DNA of 64,000 nt from Octopus sinensis (taxonomy: Eukaryota): the NCBI RefSeq assembly GCF_006345805.1, contig NC_043020.1, positions 1 through 64,000 on the forward strand, written 5' to 3'. Below, one piece after another: positions 1 through 13,707 of the stretch. Within the stretch, counting starts at the first letter, position 1. Every line of letters starts with the position of its first letter. The position numbers and the translations under genes are program-made. The notes under the pieces were generated by a model. The model was not told the DNA's origin and made no database searches. It saw only the letters and a program-made list of their open reading frames with translations.

Positions 1-169
1 TATATATATATATATATTATATATTATATATCGATATATGTATGTATATATGTATGTATGTATATATGTATGTATGTATATATTCTATGTGTAATGTCCT
101 CTTCTTGTTTGTCCCTACTACCACCACCATCGCTTGACAACTGCCGTCTTATATAATGCATATTTCTTT

Positions 170-398
170 ATTTCTTTATTGCCCACAGGGGGCTAAACAC
201 AGAGGGGACAAACAAGGACAGACGAAGGGATTAAGTCGACTACGTCGATCCCCGCGCGTAACTGGTACTTATTTAATCGACCCCGAAAGGATGAAAGGCA
301 AAGTCGACCTCGACGGAATTTGAACTCAGAACGGAGCGACGGGCGAAATACCGCTAAACATTTCGTCCAGCGTGCTAAAATTCAGCCAGCTCGCCGCC
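170..398 (-). mobile_element. SINE family A (tRNA-derived head, Meta-like central domain), full-length copy
   Basis: Minus strand reads GGCGAGCTGGC..GTTCAAATTCC (B-box)..GAGGTCGACTTTGCCTTTCATCCTTTCGGGGTCGAT..AATAAGTACCAG..CCCCTGTGGGCAATAAAGAAATA. The same sequence recurs many times in the window. Confidence 0.9.
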
Positions 399-419
399 TT
401 AATAATAATAATGATCCTT

Positions 420-608
420 TCTACTATAGACTCAAGGGGCCTGAAAATTTTGGGGGAGGGGACTAGTCGATTACATCAACCCTAGTACTTAACTGGTACT
501 TATTTCATCGACCCCGAAAGGATGAAAGGCAAAGTTGACCTCGGCAGAATTTGAACTCAGAACATAAAAACGGATGAAATACCGCCAAGCATTTCGCCCG
601 GTGCGCTA
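420..608 (-). mobile_element. SINE family A, second copy with variant tail
   Basis: Shares the central domain and tRNA-like head with 170-398. Confidence 0.8.
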
Positions 609-1529
609 CTGGAGTATTGCTGCTACTATTACTACTACCACTATTACCACTACCACTACTAATACTAATTCTAATACTACTACCACCGTAGTACTACTTT
701 TACTACTACTACAGTGATCGTGTCTTGATTTCAACTGACCACATAGATAAAACGAGTTTTTTTGTTGTTGTTTTTTTAATATTAAGGTGGAATGAAACAT
801 ATCAGAAAAATTAGCATGTAGAAGAAAAGAAATGACGGAGTAATCGCTGAGCGAGAGAGACAGTGAGTCAATAGAAGATATTAATGAGAAAAAGGCAAAA
901 GCAAATTAACCGCTTTTTACTGGAATGCAGAAAACGATGAAACAGACGATCTTAATAGTCTATCACAGTCATTACCTATTTTCTTTGATAAAAACAACAC
1001 AGAGCAAATGCAAGAAATTTACGTGGTGTTGTCTGAGATATTTGGAGGAACTATTGATTAAACCTAAATTCGACAAGATCTTTCATCGCAAATTCTTCTT
1101 CTGTGTATCGTCTGCCTCTTAGAAGTGTACTGTATTATTGATGCGGAGCGTTAGAGCTTATCTCCCGCTTTTCACATCACTAATCGGTTGAAAGACGGCT
1201 ATCCTTCAAATGAAGTAATCTGTCCTGGAATTATATATGGCCTTAGATATACAGTGGTTTGCCTATTAGAAAATAAAGTAATGATTTACAGACAATCTGG
1301 AAGAGGCGGCTGCTAATTGTGTGTGTATAATATCTTTCACAGTAACATGACAGCCGATGTTTATTATCGCTACGTGATTAGTCTAAGGACATCTTTATTT
1401 TAGTGGCTGAGAATAACTATTTAGTTCTTGTATGAAGCCGTATCCATTTAAAGAGAGAATGTTGTAACGACTGAATTTCTTAGGAAAATTGTTCTGTCTT
1501 TCTGCTTTTCTGATATCGAATAAAAGTTC

Positions 1530-2940
1530 AATGGCGCACTTTGCAATGAAAGTTAAAACATTAGTGGAAAACTTTGCATAGAAAGTTAAAATTTAATGGC
1601 ACATTTTGAATTTTAAGTTTAATATTACCAGCAGATGTTTCATGAAATGTTAAAACTTGAGGTACTTTGTGTGCGTCTTTCCACTACTGCTTGATAACCT
1701 GTGTTGGTTCGTTTACGTCCCCGTAACTTAGCGACTCGGCAAAAGACATCGAGACCGATAACATAATTATTATTAAAAAATTATTAGAATAAGCAGTATT
1801 AAAATATTAGTATTGGTGGTGGTTTGTTCAGCTAAATCTTTCTAGTCGATGCTGAGATACTTTGCTTGGAAAATTTTTTTTAAATTCTAGCATGCTTCGC
1901 GTGAAAAATTAAATATTAATGATGTATATTGTATAGAAAGTTAAAATTCAATGACACACTTTGGACAGTGATGATGATGGCTGTCCACTCGTTAGACGAG
2001 CATGACCAATGCTGACAGGTTGAGTGTCAGCAATGCTTGTACAAGGGGTTTAAGTCGAGTGCAACTTGCACAACAACACAACGACTCTCACTAATAATAC
2101 CAAGGAACCCAGAGACGAGCAAAGATATCCAGCTCAGTAGAGCAGCGGGTTTTATATACGAGTTAGCCTTCTCCTAGACAAAGGCCCAAAGACCAAAGGT
2201 CCATCACTCCCAGTGAGCTTACTGTGCCCTCGCACACCAACCCGAGTATCTCTACGTCCCGATGCATGGTAAGTTGAATATTACTAAATCATTTTGCATG
2301 GAAAGTTAACAAATCCTGGCGCTCTTTGCATGAAAAAGTTAAAACTTACTGGCGCACCTCGCATGGAAAATCAAATATTAATGTTGCACATTGCATGGAA
2401 AGTTAAAATTTATTGGCATCAAAATTTATTGGCACACTTTGCATGATGTTAAATATTACTAACGTATTTTGCATGGAAAATTTAATAATCTTGGCGAACT
2501 TTGAATTAAAAAATGTTAAAACTTACTGACGCACTTTGCACGGAAAGTTAAATATTTCTGGCATATTTCAGATAGAAAGTTAAATCTTAACGACTCACAT
2601 TGCTTGGAAAGTTAACATTTAATGGCACACTTTGTGTGGAAAGATAAATATTACTGGTGCACTTCACATGAAAAGTTTAAAATAACTGGCACACTACGTG
2701 AGAAGTTAAAATTAACTGGTACGATTTGCATAGGAAGTTATAATTTTCTAACGCATATCGTATGAAAAATTGAAAGTTTTGGGTGCACCTTGCATGGGGA
2801 TTTGAATATAGCTAGCGCACTTTACATGACAATTTAAAAAATCCAAGTGCAATTTACTGGCACACTTCATGGGCAATTTTAATGTCTAGTGTACATTATA
2901 TGGAACATTCAAAACCAAACATACTTTTCGTGGAAAGTTT
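1530..2940. repeat. Degenerate tandem array of a 32-bp unit (GGCACACTTTGCATGGAAAGTTAAATATTACT-like), interrupted by insertions
   Basis: Recurrent TTTGCATGGAAAGTTAAA motif at about 32-bp spacing in 1530-1660, 1880-1970 and 2270-2940. Confidence 0.85.
1972..2268 (-). mobile_element. Non-autonomous RTE-type retroelement (diverged homologue of 4225-4778), (ATC)n tail
   Basis: The reverse complement shares TCTAGGAGAAGG(C)TAACTC, AAAACC.GC.GCTC, CTTG.ACA.GCATTGC and TAACGAG.GG.CAGCCA with the 4.4-4.8 kb copy. Confidence 0.6.
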
Positions 2941-3021
2941 TTAAAAGATTAAAAGAATAAAGGAATACATATATATATATATTATATATATATATATATA
3001 TATAATATTATTTGTGTGTGT

Positions 3022-3053
<32 letters not shown>

Positions 3054-3235
3054 ATTATATATATATATATATATATAATATATATATATATACATACATA
3101 CATATTATTATATATATATATGTATATATGTATATATATATATATATCTTATATATATAATATTATATATATATATTGTATATATATATATATATATATT
3201 ATATAATATATATATATTATATATATATAGATATA

Positions 3236-3284
<49 letters not shown>

Positions 3285-4155
3285 CATACATATATACGTG
3301 TGTGTGTGAGATGAGCTTCCGCACAATTTCCGTTCCCCAAATTCACGTACAAGTCATTAGTCGATCCGGGGGACTTTAGAAGACACTTGCCTAAGGTGCG
3401 ACACAGTTAGATTGAATCCGATACCACGTTGTTTCCAAGCGAATCTCTAAACAACAGAGCCATGCCCGAACTTGTTAGTTAATAATTTTCATTCTGAAAA
3501 GCTATTTCAGTTAATTAATGCGTATATTTTTCCCTCGTTGAACTGGGTTTTGTGTCGGACTTATTCACACCAATGCTACTATAATTCTAAAGCTATACCA
3601 GTTTAGATACATGTAGGAATATTTAGCAGCCGTAAAACACTTAGAAATCGAACCCGGATCAGCATCCGAAGAAAAAAAACAATAAACAAAAGATAATCTA
3701 AGTTACACGAACGCGATTCGCACAAATGATGCTGACGTCATCAAGACATTACCCATTCAAAGCTTCAGGAACAGGATTACATCTTTTGTGCGCTTTTTTC
3801 TGACAAGAATATCGATTATGTATTTCACGTACTTTAGCTACTAGAGAGAGGATCTCAACTGGGGTTCGTATGATCGTTGTGGTGTTTATACAACACGTTG
3901 CAACTGAAGATTATAAACAATAGGCGCAGGAGTGGCTGTGTGGTAAGTAGCTTGCTTGCCAACCACATTTCTGGGAAGAGAGTATTTTCAAGTTAAAAGA
4001 AAGATTGTGCAACAAAATGGTTCATATTTGATTGATAAAAATGTAATGGCAAGTATTTATTGACCTTTTTCTTTCCTTTAATATCGGCACGAACTTTCCG
4101 GACAACCCAATAGTAGAAACGTTTAGTAATATGTGTGTGTATGTATGTATGTATG

Positions 4156-4189
<34 letters not shown>

Positions 4190-4224
4190 TGTATGTATGT
4201 ATGTGTATGTATGTATGTGTATGT

Positions 4225-4778
4225 CAGATCACTTTCGAGTGCTACTGGTAACATGTAACCCAGTACCACCTGTTGCATGGTCGGGTCGTCGGCGACTAAA
4301 CCGGCAACCCCACCAAGCTCGCTTGGTGAGGAGGGTGTTTATTGGACACCCTGCGGGATGAAAAACAAAACGCGTCAAAGGGCGGAGGAACTCTTGAGAG
4401 TCAACGGCCATCCAATAAATGTCTTAAGGCTGGATCATGCGCGGGGACATAGAAATAATCAGACTGAATACCCGATCGCACGGTTAAACCATTGGAAGTG
4501 AAGGACCCCTAGCCTTTGTTAGGGAATCCTTCTAGGAGAAGGTAACTCAGGTAACTGGGATAACTCCGACATAAAACCTGCGGCTCAGTGGTTACCGATG
4601 ATGTTGACTTGTTCTTCTTTTCGGATTATGGCTGCTGTTGCTTAGTGAGTGGGATTGACTCAGTGCACAGCCTTTCGTCACTTTATAAAAAATTCTTGCA
4701 CAGGCATTGCACGATAACAACATTGATTAAGCTTCGTGCCAATGGCCATACTCGATAACGAGGGGGCAGCCACCATGT
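4225..4778 (+). mobile_element. Non-autonomous RTE-type retroelement with structured 5' region
   Basis: Homologous to 1972-2268. The CTAGGAGAAGG motif resembles RTE 5'-UTRs as I recall them. Several hairpins lie at the 5' end. Confidence 0.55.
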
Positions 4779-4969
4779 ATGTATGTATGTATGTATGTAA
4801 ATGCATGTATGCATGTATGTATATAGTATGTATGTATGTATGCATGTATGTATGTATGTATGTAGTATGTATGATGCATGTGTATGTATGTATGTATGTA
4901 TGTATGTATGTATGCATGTATGCATGTATGTATGTATGTATGTATGTATGTATGTATGTATGTGTATGT

Positions 4970-5125
4970 ATACGACGGGTTTCTTCCAGTTTCCGTCTAC
5001 CAAATCCACTCACAAGGCTTTGGTCGGCCCGAAGCTATAGTAGAAGACATTTGCCCAATGTGCCACGCAATGGGACTGAACCCGCAAAACCATGTGATAG
5101 GGAAGCAAGCTTCTTACAATAGAGT
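4970..5125 (-). mobile_element. SINE family B (CORE-like) head/body fragment
   Basis: TTTCCGTCTACCAAATCCACTCACAAGGCTTTGGTCGGCCCGA..CTTGCCCAA block shared with the complete copies. Confidence 0.85.
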
Positions 5126-5265
5126 CATACCTCCGTCTTTATGGAAACCCTCAATGAACAGTTCCCCTATCATTAGTGTTACTGGTGCCACACAAGGTCG
5201 GCTGTTTCTTCCAATCCTAAGTTACGGTTTCCGTTTATAAGCATGACGCGTTTATAATTCTGGTC

Positions 5266-5563
5266 CCCTACGGAAAAGAGGTTACCGTGGTCTTTTCCGT
5301 AGGCTTTTCTTTCTACGGGTAAACCTCACCTGTCTTCCCCATTACACTTTATATTGACATTTCTGTGATAACGATCCCTATTGATCGATTTTTTATTTTT
5401 CGTTTTATTTTTATTTTTACCACCTTTTTTTTTTCTTTCTTTCTTTCCATTTACGATCCCTTTTGATCGAAAACCAAACCCCCTTTTTTTATCCCCAAAA
5501 AGAAAAGCTCTACCTTGTAATTTTCCCGTCTGTGTGCAGCCCTGTGTGGCTGATAGAGAAACA
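5266..5563 (+). mobile_element. 298-bp retroposed insertion with 13-bp TSD, 5' hairpin and family-A-like 3' tail
   Basis: TATAATTCTGGTC at 5253-5265 and 5564-5576. The tail GCAGCCCTGTGTGGCTGATAGAGAAACA resembles the SINE A tail. Confidence 0.7.
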
Positions 5564-5889
5564 TATAATTCTGGTCGTTTACTTTCTCACATTCTGTCTC
5601 AATAATAGACTAAATACGATACTTGAAAATCTCATGTTCTGATAAGAAAAGTCCTAGTAAATTGTTTTCTTTTCAAGTTCAGTGACGATGTCTCTCTTTT
5701 AACAGAGAAGCTGTCAAGTAATGTCTGTATCAGTGGTATCTCATTGATTGTGTTGATTTGTATTTGTGTGCAAGGATATGTGTGTGAGTGTGTATGTAGT
5801 ATGTATGTATTTATGCAAGCATCTTCGTATAAAAATATATGTGTACATATGTGTATATATAGATACATAATACATACATACATTTATAT

Positions 5890-6200
<311 letters not shown>

Positions 6201-6318
6201 CATGAATGGAGGAATACATACACATATAAGTATGAATATATGTATATTTTGTATGTGTGTGTATTTGTGTCTGCATGTTTGTATATATATGTGTGTATGT
6301 GCGTATACAGTAAGAGTA

Positions 6319-6355
<37 letters not shown>

Positions 6356-6737
6356 GGCAGACAGACGGACAGAGAGACTGTCACACACCGACAAACAGAA
6401 ATATTGCTGTCACAGCTTACTTAAATTAATTTTTAATTATTTATTGAATATTTTCAATGACAAAGAAAATCTCGGTCTTAGACGAATTGAGATGTGATTG
6501 TAAAACACTTGTTTCTATTATTCACACACACACCACACACGTACATGCATGCATACATAAGCAAACATACACACATATACATGTATGTATATGCATATAT
6601 ATATATATATATGAACATATATATTATATATACATATATATATGTATAGGTATATACATATGTGTGTGTATATAAATGTGTATATATATGTATATGCATA
6701 TATATATATATATGTATATGTATATATATATATATGA

Positions 6738-6776
<39 letters not shown>

Positions 6777-7225
6777 TACTTTTATAAATATATATACATA
6801 TATACATACACACGCACACGCATATATATGTGTGTGTGTGTTGTGTGTATGTACGTATGTATAGATAAATTTCCAAGATATATATATATGTACTCCTGTA
6901 TGAGTGTGTATGTACGTAGACAGGTAAGTTAGCCAGGTAAGTAGGTACGCCGGTAAATAGGTAGGTAGGTAAGGTAGGTAGGTAAGTAGGTAGGTAGGTC
7001 GGTTGGTAGGTAGGTCGGTAGGTAGGTCGGTAGGTAGGTAGGCAGGTAGGTAGGTAGGTAGGTATAACAGCGGGATGAAATTTACAATGATTGAAATTAA
7101 GATGACAAATCTTCGACAATGCCAGAATTTGGCAAATTGAATTAAATGCCAGAACACACGAGCCAACATGGTCGAAGAATGGAAACTCTTCCTTCGCCGT
7201 TATTTCATTTGGGAACAAACCATTG

Positions 7226-7585
7226 AGACTTTTTCTTGCGTGTCAATGTGTGTGTGCGTGCGTGTGCGCGTACGTGTGTGTGCGTGTGTGTATGTGTGTG
7301 TGTGCTTGTCTGTGTGAATGTGTGTGTGTGTGTGGGTGGGTGTCTGTGTGTGAGTGTGTGTGTCCTTGTGTGTGTGTGTCCTTGTGTGTGTGTGTCCTTG
7401 TGTGTGTGTGTCCTTATGTGTGTGTGTGTCGTTGTGTGTGTGTGTCGTTGTGTGTGTGTGTCCTTGTGTGTGTGTGTCCTTGTGTGTGTGTGTCCTTGTG
7501 TGTGTGTGTCCTTGTGTGTGTGTGTCCTTGTGTGTGTGTGTCCTTGTGTGTGTGTGTGTGCGTGTGTGTGTGTGTGTGTGTGTGA
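7226..7585. repeat. (GT)n-derived array with recurring GTGTGTGTCCTT units
   Basis: Direct reading of the sequence. Confidence 0.9.
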
Positions 7586-8099
7586 TTAGTTTGCAGAGTT
7601 AATACCGATTCGATTCTGAAACCTGTTCTTCGCAACTAATGGCACTTTCTCTATAATGACTATATACATGTATGCAAGTGTATGTATGTATGTATGTATG
7701 TATGTGTGTGTATGTATGTATGTATGTGTGTGTATGTATGTGTGTATATATACATATGTGTGTGTTTTGTGTGTATGTGTGTGTGTATGTATATATACGC
7801 ATGCACTTGTGTCTGTGTGTGTATTATATACACACACAGACACAAGTACACGCGTGTGTGAATGTGTGTATGTATACATATGTATATCTTTTGTATGTGT
7901 GTGTGTATATATAATATAAATATACAAACACATTCGTACGTATATACATACATATATGTGTGTGTGTGTGTGTGCCTGTGTGTGTGTGTGCATGTGTGTG
8001 GGTGCCTGTGTATGAATATATATGTACGTATATATGTATATATATTCATATTTATATACACATATATATGTGTGTGTATATACACACACACTCACCCTC

Positions 8100-9323
8100 A
8101 CACACACACACATACACACACACATTTACACACACATATATTCATGCATACATACACATTAGCACAAATACACACACACACACATTTACACACACATATA
8201 TTCATGCATACATACACATTAGCACAAATACACACACACACACATTTACACACACATATATTCATGCATACATACACATTAGCACACACACACACACATT
8301 TACACACACATATATTCATGCATACATACACATTAGCACACATACACACACACATTTACACACACATATATTCATGCATACATACACATTAGCACACATA
8401 CACACACATATTTACACACACATATATTCATACGTACACATTAGCACACATACACACACACATTTACACACACATATATTCATACGTACACATTAGCACA
8501 CATACACACACATATTTACACACACATATATTCATACGTACACATTAGTACACATACACACACATATTTACACACACATATATTCATACGTACACATTAG
8601 CACACATACACACACACATTTACACACACATATATTCATACGTACACATTAGCACACATACACACACATATTTACACACACATATTTACACACACATATA
8701 TTCATACATACACATTAGCACACATACACACACATATTTACATACACATATATTCATACGTACACATTAGCACACATACACACATACATTTACACACACA
8801 TATATTCATACGTACACATTAGCACACATACACACACACATTTACACACACATTTACACACACATATATTCATACGTACACATTAGCACACATACACACA
8901 CACATTTACACACACATATATTCATACGTACACATTAGCACACATACACACACATATTTACACACACATATATTCATACGTACACATTAGCACACATACA
9001 CACACACATTTACACACACATATATTCATACGTACACATTAGCACACATACACACACATATTTACACACACATATATTCATACGTACACATTAGCACACA
9101 TACACACATACATTTACACACACATATATTCATACGTACACATTAGCACACATACACACACACATTTACACACACATTTACACACACATATATTCATACG
9201 TACACATTAGCACACATACACACACACATTTACACACACATATATTCATACGTACACATTAGCACACATACACACACATATTTACACACACATATATTCA
9301 TACGTACACATTAGCACACATAC
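8100..9323. repeat. Minisatellite, 50-60-bp CA-rich unit, roughly 20+ copies
   Basis: Unit ..CACACACATTTACACACACATATATTCAT(GCAT)AC(G)TACACATTAGCACA.. is repeated head to tail. Confidence 0.95.
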
Positions 9324-9825
9324 TCAATATACAAACAGATATGTAACTGTTTGCATTTACTTACACTTCGCTTCCGGCTCTTTTTATTCGCTGTCTTATT
9401 TTTTTTACCATTATTCGATCTATCTTTACCACGTATTTCCATCGAGCGGAGGCTTTTGTTGAAACAAGCCTAACCTGATTGGGCAGTTAAACAGACCTTT
9501 TTGTTTCTCTTTTTTTAGTTTGTTTTTTAGTTTGTTTTCCAGCTTGTCTTTTTTTCCCCCCTTTTTTTTTTGCATCGTTCTCTTTTGTTGTTATTTTAAT
9601 CGAAGTCGTTTTCTAAGTATGTATGGCTGCGAAGAAGATCTTAGTAACGATTCCCCCAAACAAGTTCGACGAATAATTCTTCGTTAAGCTTAGCATTATA
9701 GTATCAGTATCGGTTTGATGGTAATGACCAGCGAAATGAGTGAAGACCAAGATGGCGGCGGAGACGGCGATGACAACGACGACGACGACGACGACGAATG
9801 ATAATGTTTATCTGTAGGTCACTCG

Positions 9826-10112
9826 GATCTTTTCGGTTTGACCGGCAGTTTTTTAAAAATAATTTCCACGTAACTAAACACTTTTGAACTTCGTATATAC
9901 TGGTAGAATGTGTTTATAAAACATCTTTTTCTCTTGGCTTTATTGAGAAATTCTACAGTTTGTAAGATATTTGTTGTTTTTTTTCTTCAATTTCTGCAAT
10001 TTCAACCAATCAATGACGTCTATTGAGGTGAAAATATTCTGTGCTGTATGAATATGTCCCTCGTTTAAGAAACAGATTGGGTTTATTTACATTTGTGAAG
10101 AAAAAAAGATAC
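9826..10112 (+). mobile_element. Partial GGATC-terminal MITE (one end only)
   Basis: GGATCTTTTCGGTTTGACCGGCAGTTTTTT terminus, with internal sequence matching the far arm of 23224-23688. Confidence 0.75.
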
Positions 10113-11284
10113 GAAGTGTCTTTTTTGAGGACGCGTGCTTCCCGGTCTGGGATTCGAACCCGTGTCTCTAACCACCTTCATCGTTATAATAATACTTACC
10201 AATTATTCTGAGAAACTAGTAGGTAAGCAACGTAAGAGCTGAGCAATGTGGAATCAAGCTCAAGGTTTGAGAAATGCCTGACTTTTAGATTTTACACAAG
10301 GATGAGAAGAAAAGATTCCAGACGAATACAGCACTGTCTTGCTTGTTTCATGTGAACGTTTCTTCTAGAAGGAATAACGGGCAAAAATTGGGCCTCATTA
10401 AGAAAGCAATCTTATAATATGTGTGAAGTGGAGATTAAGTTGCTCTGAAAATAGAGACGAGCAAAGCATATATGCAGTTGCATCAAAAATGAGGCCAAGT
10501 ATTTCTCTAAATGGAGCATATAGAGCAAGGGTAGAGAACTTTAATAGTGCCAGAGACGAGCAGTAATTGCGCAAAGAAAAAGAACGGTTGGGTGCATTTA
10601 TACCGAAGACAAACGGTAATGAAACTTTAATTTAACAATTTCATAGCGAAGCGAATTATATCGTATTACGGAGCTGGTAGAATCGTTAGCATGTCGGACA
10701 AAATGCTTAGTCGTTTTCGTTCTGGCTCTTAATGTTGTGAGTTGAAATACCTCAGAGATTAACCTCGCCTTTCATGTCTCCGAGGTCTCCGAGGTCGATA
10801 AAACAAAATACCAGTCGAGCAATGGCGTCGGCGGTATTCACTATTCGACCCACTAAAAATTGCCCGCCTTGATCCTAGAGCAGAAAACTATTATTCTTTT
10901 TCGTACATATGTTGCGTTAAAAAACAAATATAGAATACACTGCAATACGTACGTACATATGTACATGCATGCATGCATACATACACACATACATACATAC
11001 ATACATACATACATACATACATACATACATACATACATACATGCATGCATACATACATACATACATACATACATACATACACACACATACATACATACAT
11101 GCATGCATGCATGCATACATACATACATACATACATACATGCATACATACATACATGCATACATGCACAACAGCATACATACATACATGCATATATACAT
11201 ACATACATACATACATACATGCTATATAGATACATATATGTATGCATATATGTGCATATATACACTGATATATATATAATATAT

Positions 11285-11318
<34 letters not shown>

Positions 11319-11386
11319 CTATACATATGTACGGATCGATGTATGTGTGTATAGATAGATAAATACATACATACATATAGATAGAC

Positions 11387-11510
<124 letters not shown>

Positions 11511-12527
11511 TTATTGGAGAGAAGTTAACATCATCCCAGCTGTGACTCATGGAAAAGTCAGACGCATGTCGGCGTCCTTGACCATTCACATGCCCAGAAG
11601 AAATTCTTTTCCTTCCGATATATAGCCTATAATGACTAATACATTCACTGATATTGCAAAGAGCTTGCTGAGTGGAATAAAACTCGGTGTACGCAATTGA
11701 AACAGCATTAAATGAAAGTAGCCGGCGTGTACCTTACCTAACGTGTTTTCACTCAGACAAAACTACAACACCTTGAGTTTCAATGGTATATATGCATTAG
11801 GTATGGTACACAGATGACTCATATATATATAATGTTTGTTTTCGCGTATCATTAGCGATCGGTATCAAACTTGTATGCATTTGAAAGATTCCCCAACCCG
11901 ATCGTGATGCTACTCAGCCAAAGTCTTCGTGTGTTTACTTCCTTATTTATTATGCACATAATGGTTAAGTAGTGGGCTCTGGAACGGATAGGATGTTCTA
12001 TCCTTGATATCAGTAAACAAAAAATGTAGGGGTTAGCCTTGCTCCAAATTGAAGTCCCGTTCAGGAGCGTATATTCAGGGTGTGCTAGGTGCGCGCTGCA
12101 CTACCATCGAAAATGGCAAATTCATTATAAATATTAACCTTATTAGTTTAATTTCAGATCTTAATGGAAAACTTTTGTTATACCCTTGCTTGAAATCTGG
12201 TGGCACTGGGTGCGGCTGCACATCCAGTACAACAACCACCATACGCCGCTAGACCCGTCCTGGAGTCAAGATCAGACTCCGACTCTCGGTTGTTTAACGC
12301 CTCAGAATCGAGGCCGAATAAGTTCCGGTTTAGTGGACCTATGTGTTGTTGCTGAGAAAATAGATAGCTGACAACTGATGAAGGGTCATTTTTTGTACTA
12401 CTTGTCGTTTTCTTTCTCTCGTTATTTGCGTATTTAACACATTTGTTTCCGTGTTTCATGTTGTTTACTGTTGGCGACGTCCTGTAACCATATATGCATT
12501 ATATATATATATATATATATTATAATA

Positions 12528-12559
<32 letters not shown>

Positions 12560-12746
12560 AAGTTAATCCAAACATGAAAGCACAAAAAAAAAACACAACA
12601 ACGCGAGGACGTGGAACAAGTATAGTATTATTGGACGCTCAGGAAAGAAAGAAAGAAGGGGTTTTAACGTTTCGAGCGGAGCTCTTCGTCGGAAACATAG
12701 GAGAAGGAAAGTCCAGAGAAAGGAAGACAGAGGAAAAAAATCGCCA
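12560..12746 (-). mobile_element. Penelope-like terminal repeat, family P2, bounded by (TA)n
   Basis: Homologous in opposite orientation to 34050-34250. Carries a hammerhead-like motif. Confidence 0.65.
12662..12696 (-). ncRNA. Minimal hammerhead-like ribozyme (CCGACGA core variant)
   Basis: Minus strand GTTT-CCGACGA-A-GAGC tcc GCTC-GAAAC-GTT-AAAA, with palindromic AACGTT at stem III. Confidence 0.55.
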
Positions 12747-13062
12747 TATATATATATGTGTGTGTGTGTGTGTATGTATGTATATGTATATGTATATGTA
12801 TGTATGTATATTATTTATATCATTATTTAATTGAACACCACGCATCAATTTCTAAACAAGTTTATACACACACACACACATACACACACACACATATCCC
12901 TTATTAAATGCATTTGTTGTGTAACAGCTGTTCTTTCTTTCCAAACGCATGTTGTTCAATTGAAGTTCCATCGGAGATATTATGAGAATAGAAATCTCAG
13001 GTGGCTTTATTAACATATTTATAATTGATTTTTTTTCACTCTTGGAAGAAGAAGAAAGATAG

Positions 13063-13102
<40 letters not shown>

Positions 13103-13375
13103 AGAGACAAAGCCAGAGAGATGGGGGAGAGAAAGGGGAGAGGGAGAGAGAGAGAGGATAAAGGCCGGTATTGAAACGGAATGGCAGCTTCTCTTCAGAA
13201 GAAACAATTCTAAATTAATTCCCAGTTGATTTAATTCTCTTGGGAAATTCTCTGGATATCTTACAGGATTCCCGTTCTTATATTGGCGGACGATGCTGAT
13301 GGAACTAAAAAGAGCATGTCATTCACGTATGTATGTATGTATGTATGTATGTATGTATGTATGTATGTATGTATG

Positions 13376-13438
<63 letters not shown>

Positions 13439-13620
13439 ATATATATAATATATATAGTTGGAGGAGTAGCTGTGTGATGAGAGCTTGCTTCCCAACCACA
13501 TGGTTCCGGTTCAGTCCACTACGTGGCACCTTGGTCAAGGTACCTCTACTAAAGATTCAGGCTGATCATAGCCTTATGAGTGAATTTGATAGACGGAAAC
13601 TGAAAGAAGCCTGTCGTGCA

Positions 13621-13707
<87 letters not shown>

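Noticed and set aside
880-1060. Short acidic open frame (..FYWNAENDETDDLNSLSQ..)
   Set aside because: Bounded by stops, with no splice signals or recognisable homology.
1530-2940. CRISPR-like appearance of the 32-bp repeat
   Set aside because: Units are contiguous with no unique spacers and are highly degenerate. The context is eukaryotic and there are no cas genes.
4245-4310. HDV-like ribozyme at the 5' end of the RTE-like element
   Set aside because: The spacing between candidate P1, P2 and P3 strands is too short for the canonical nested double pseudoknot. Kept only as an unspecified structured RNA.
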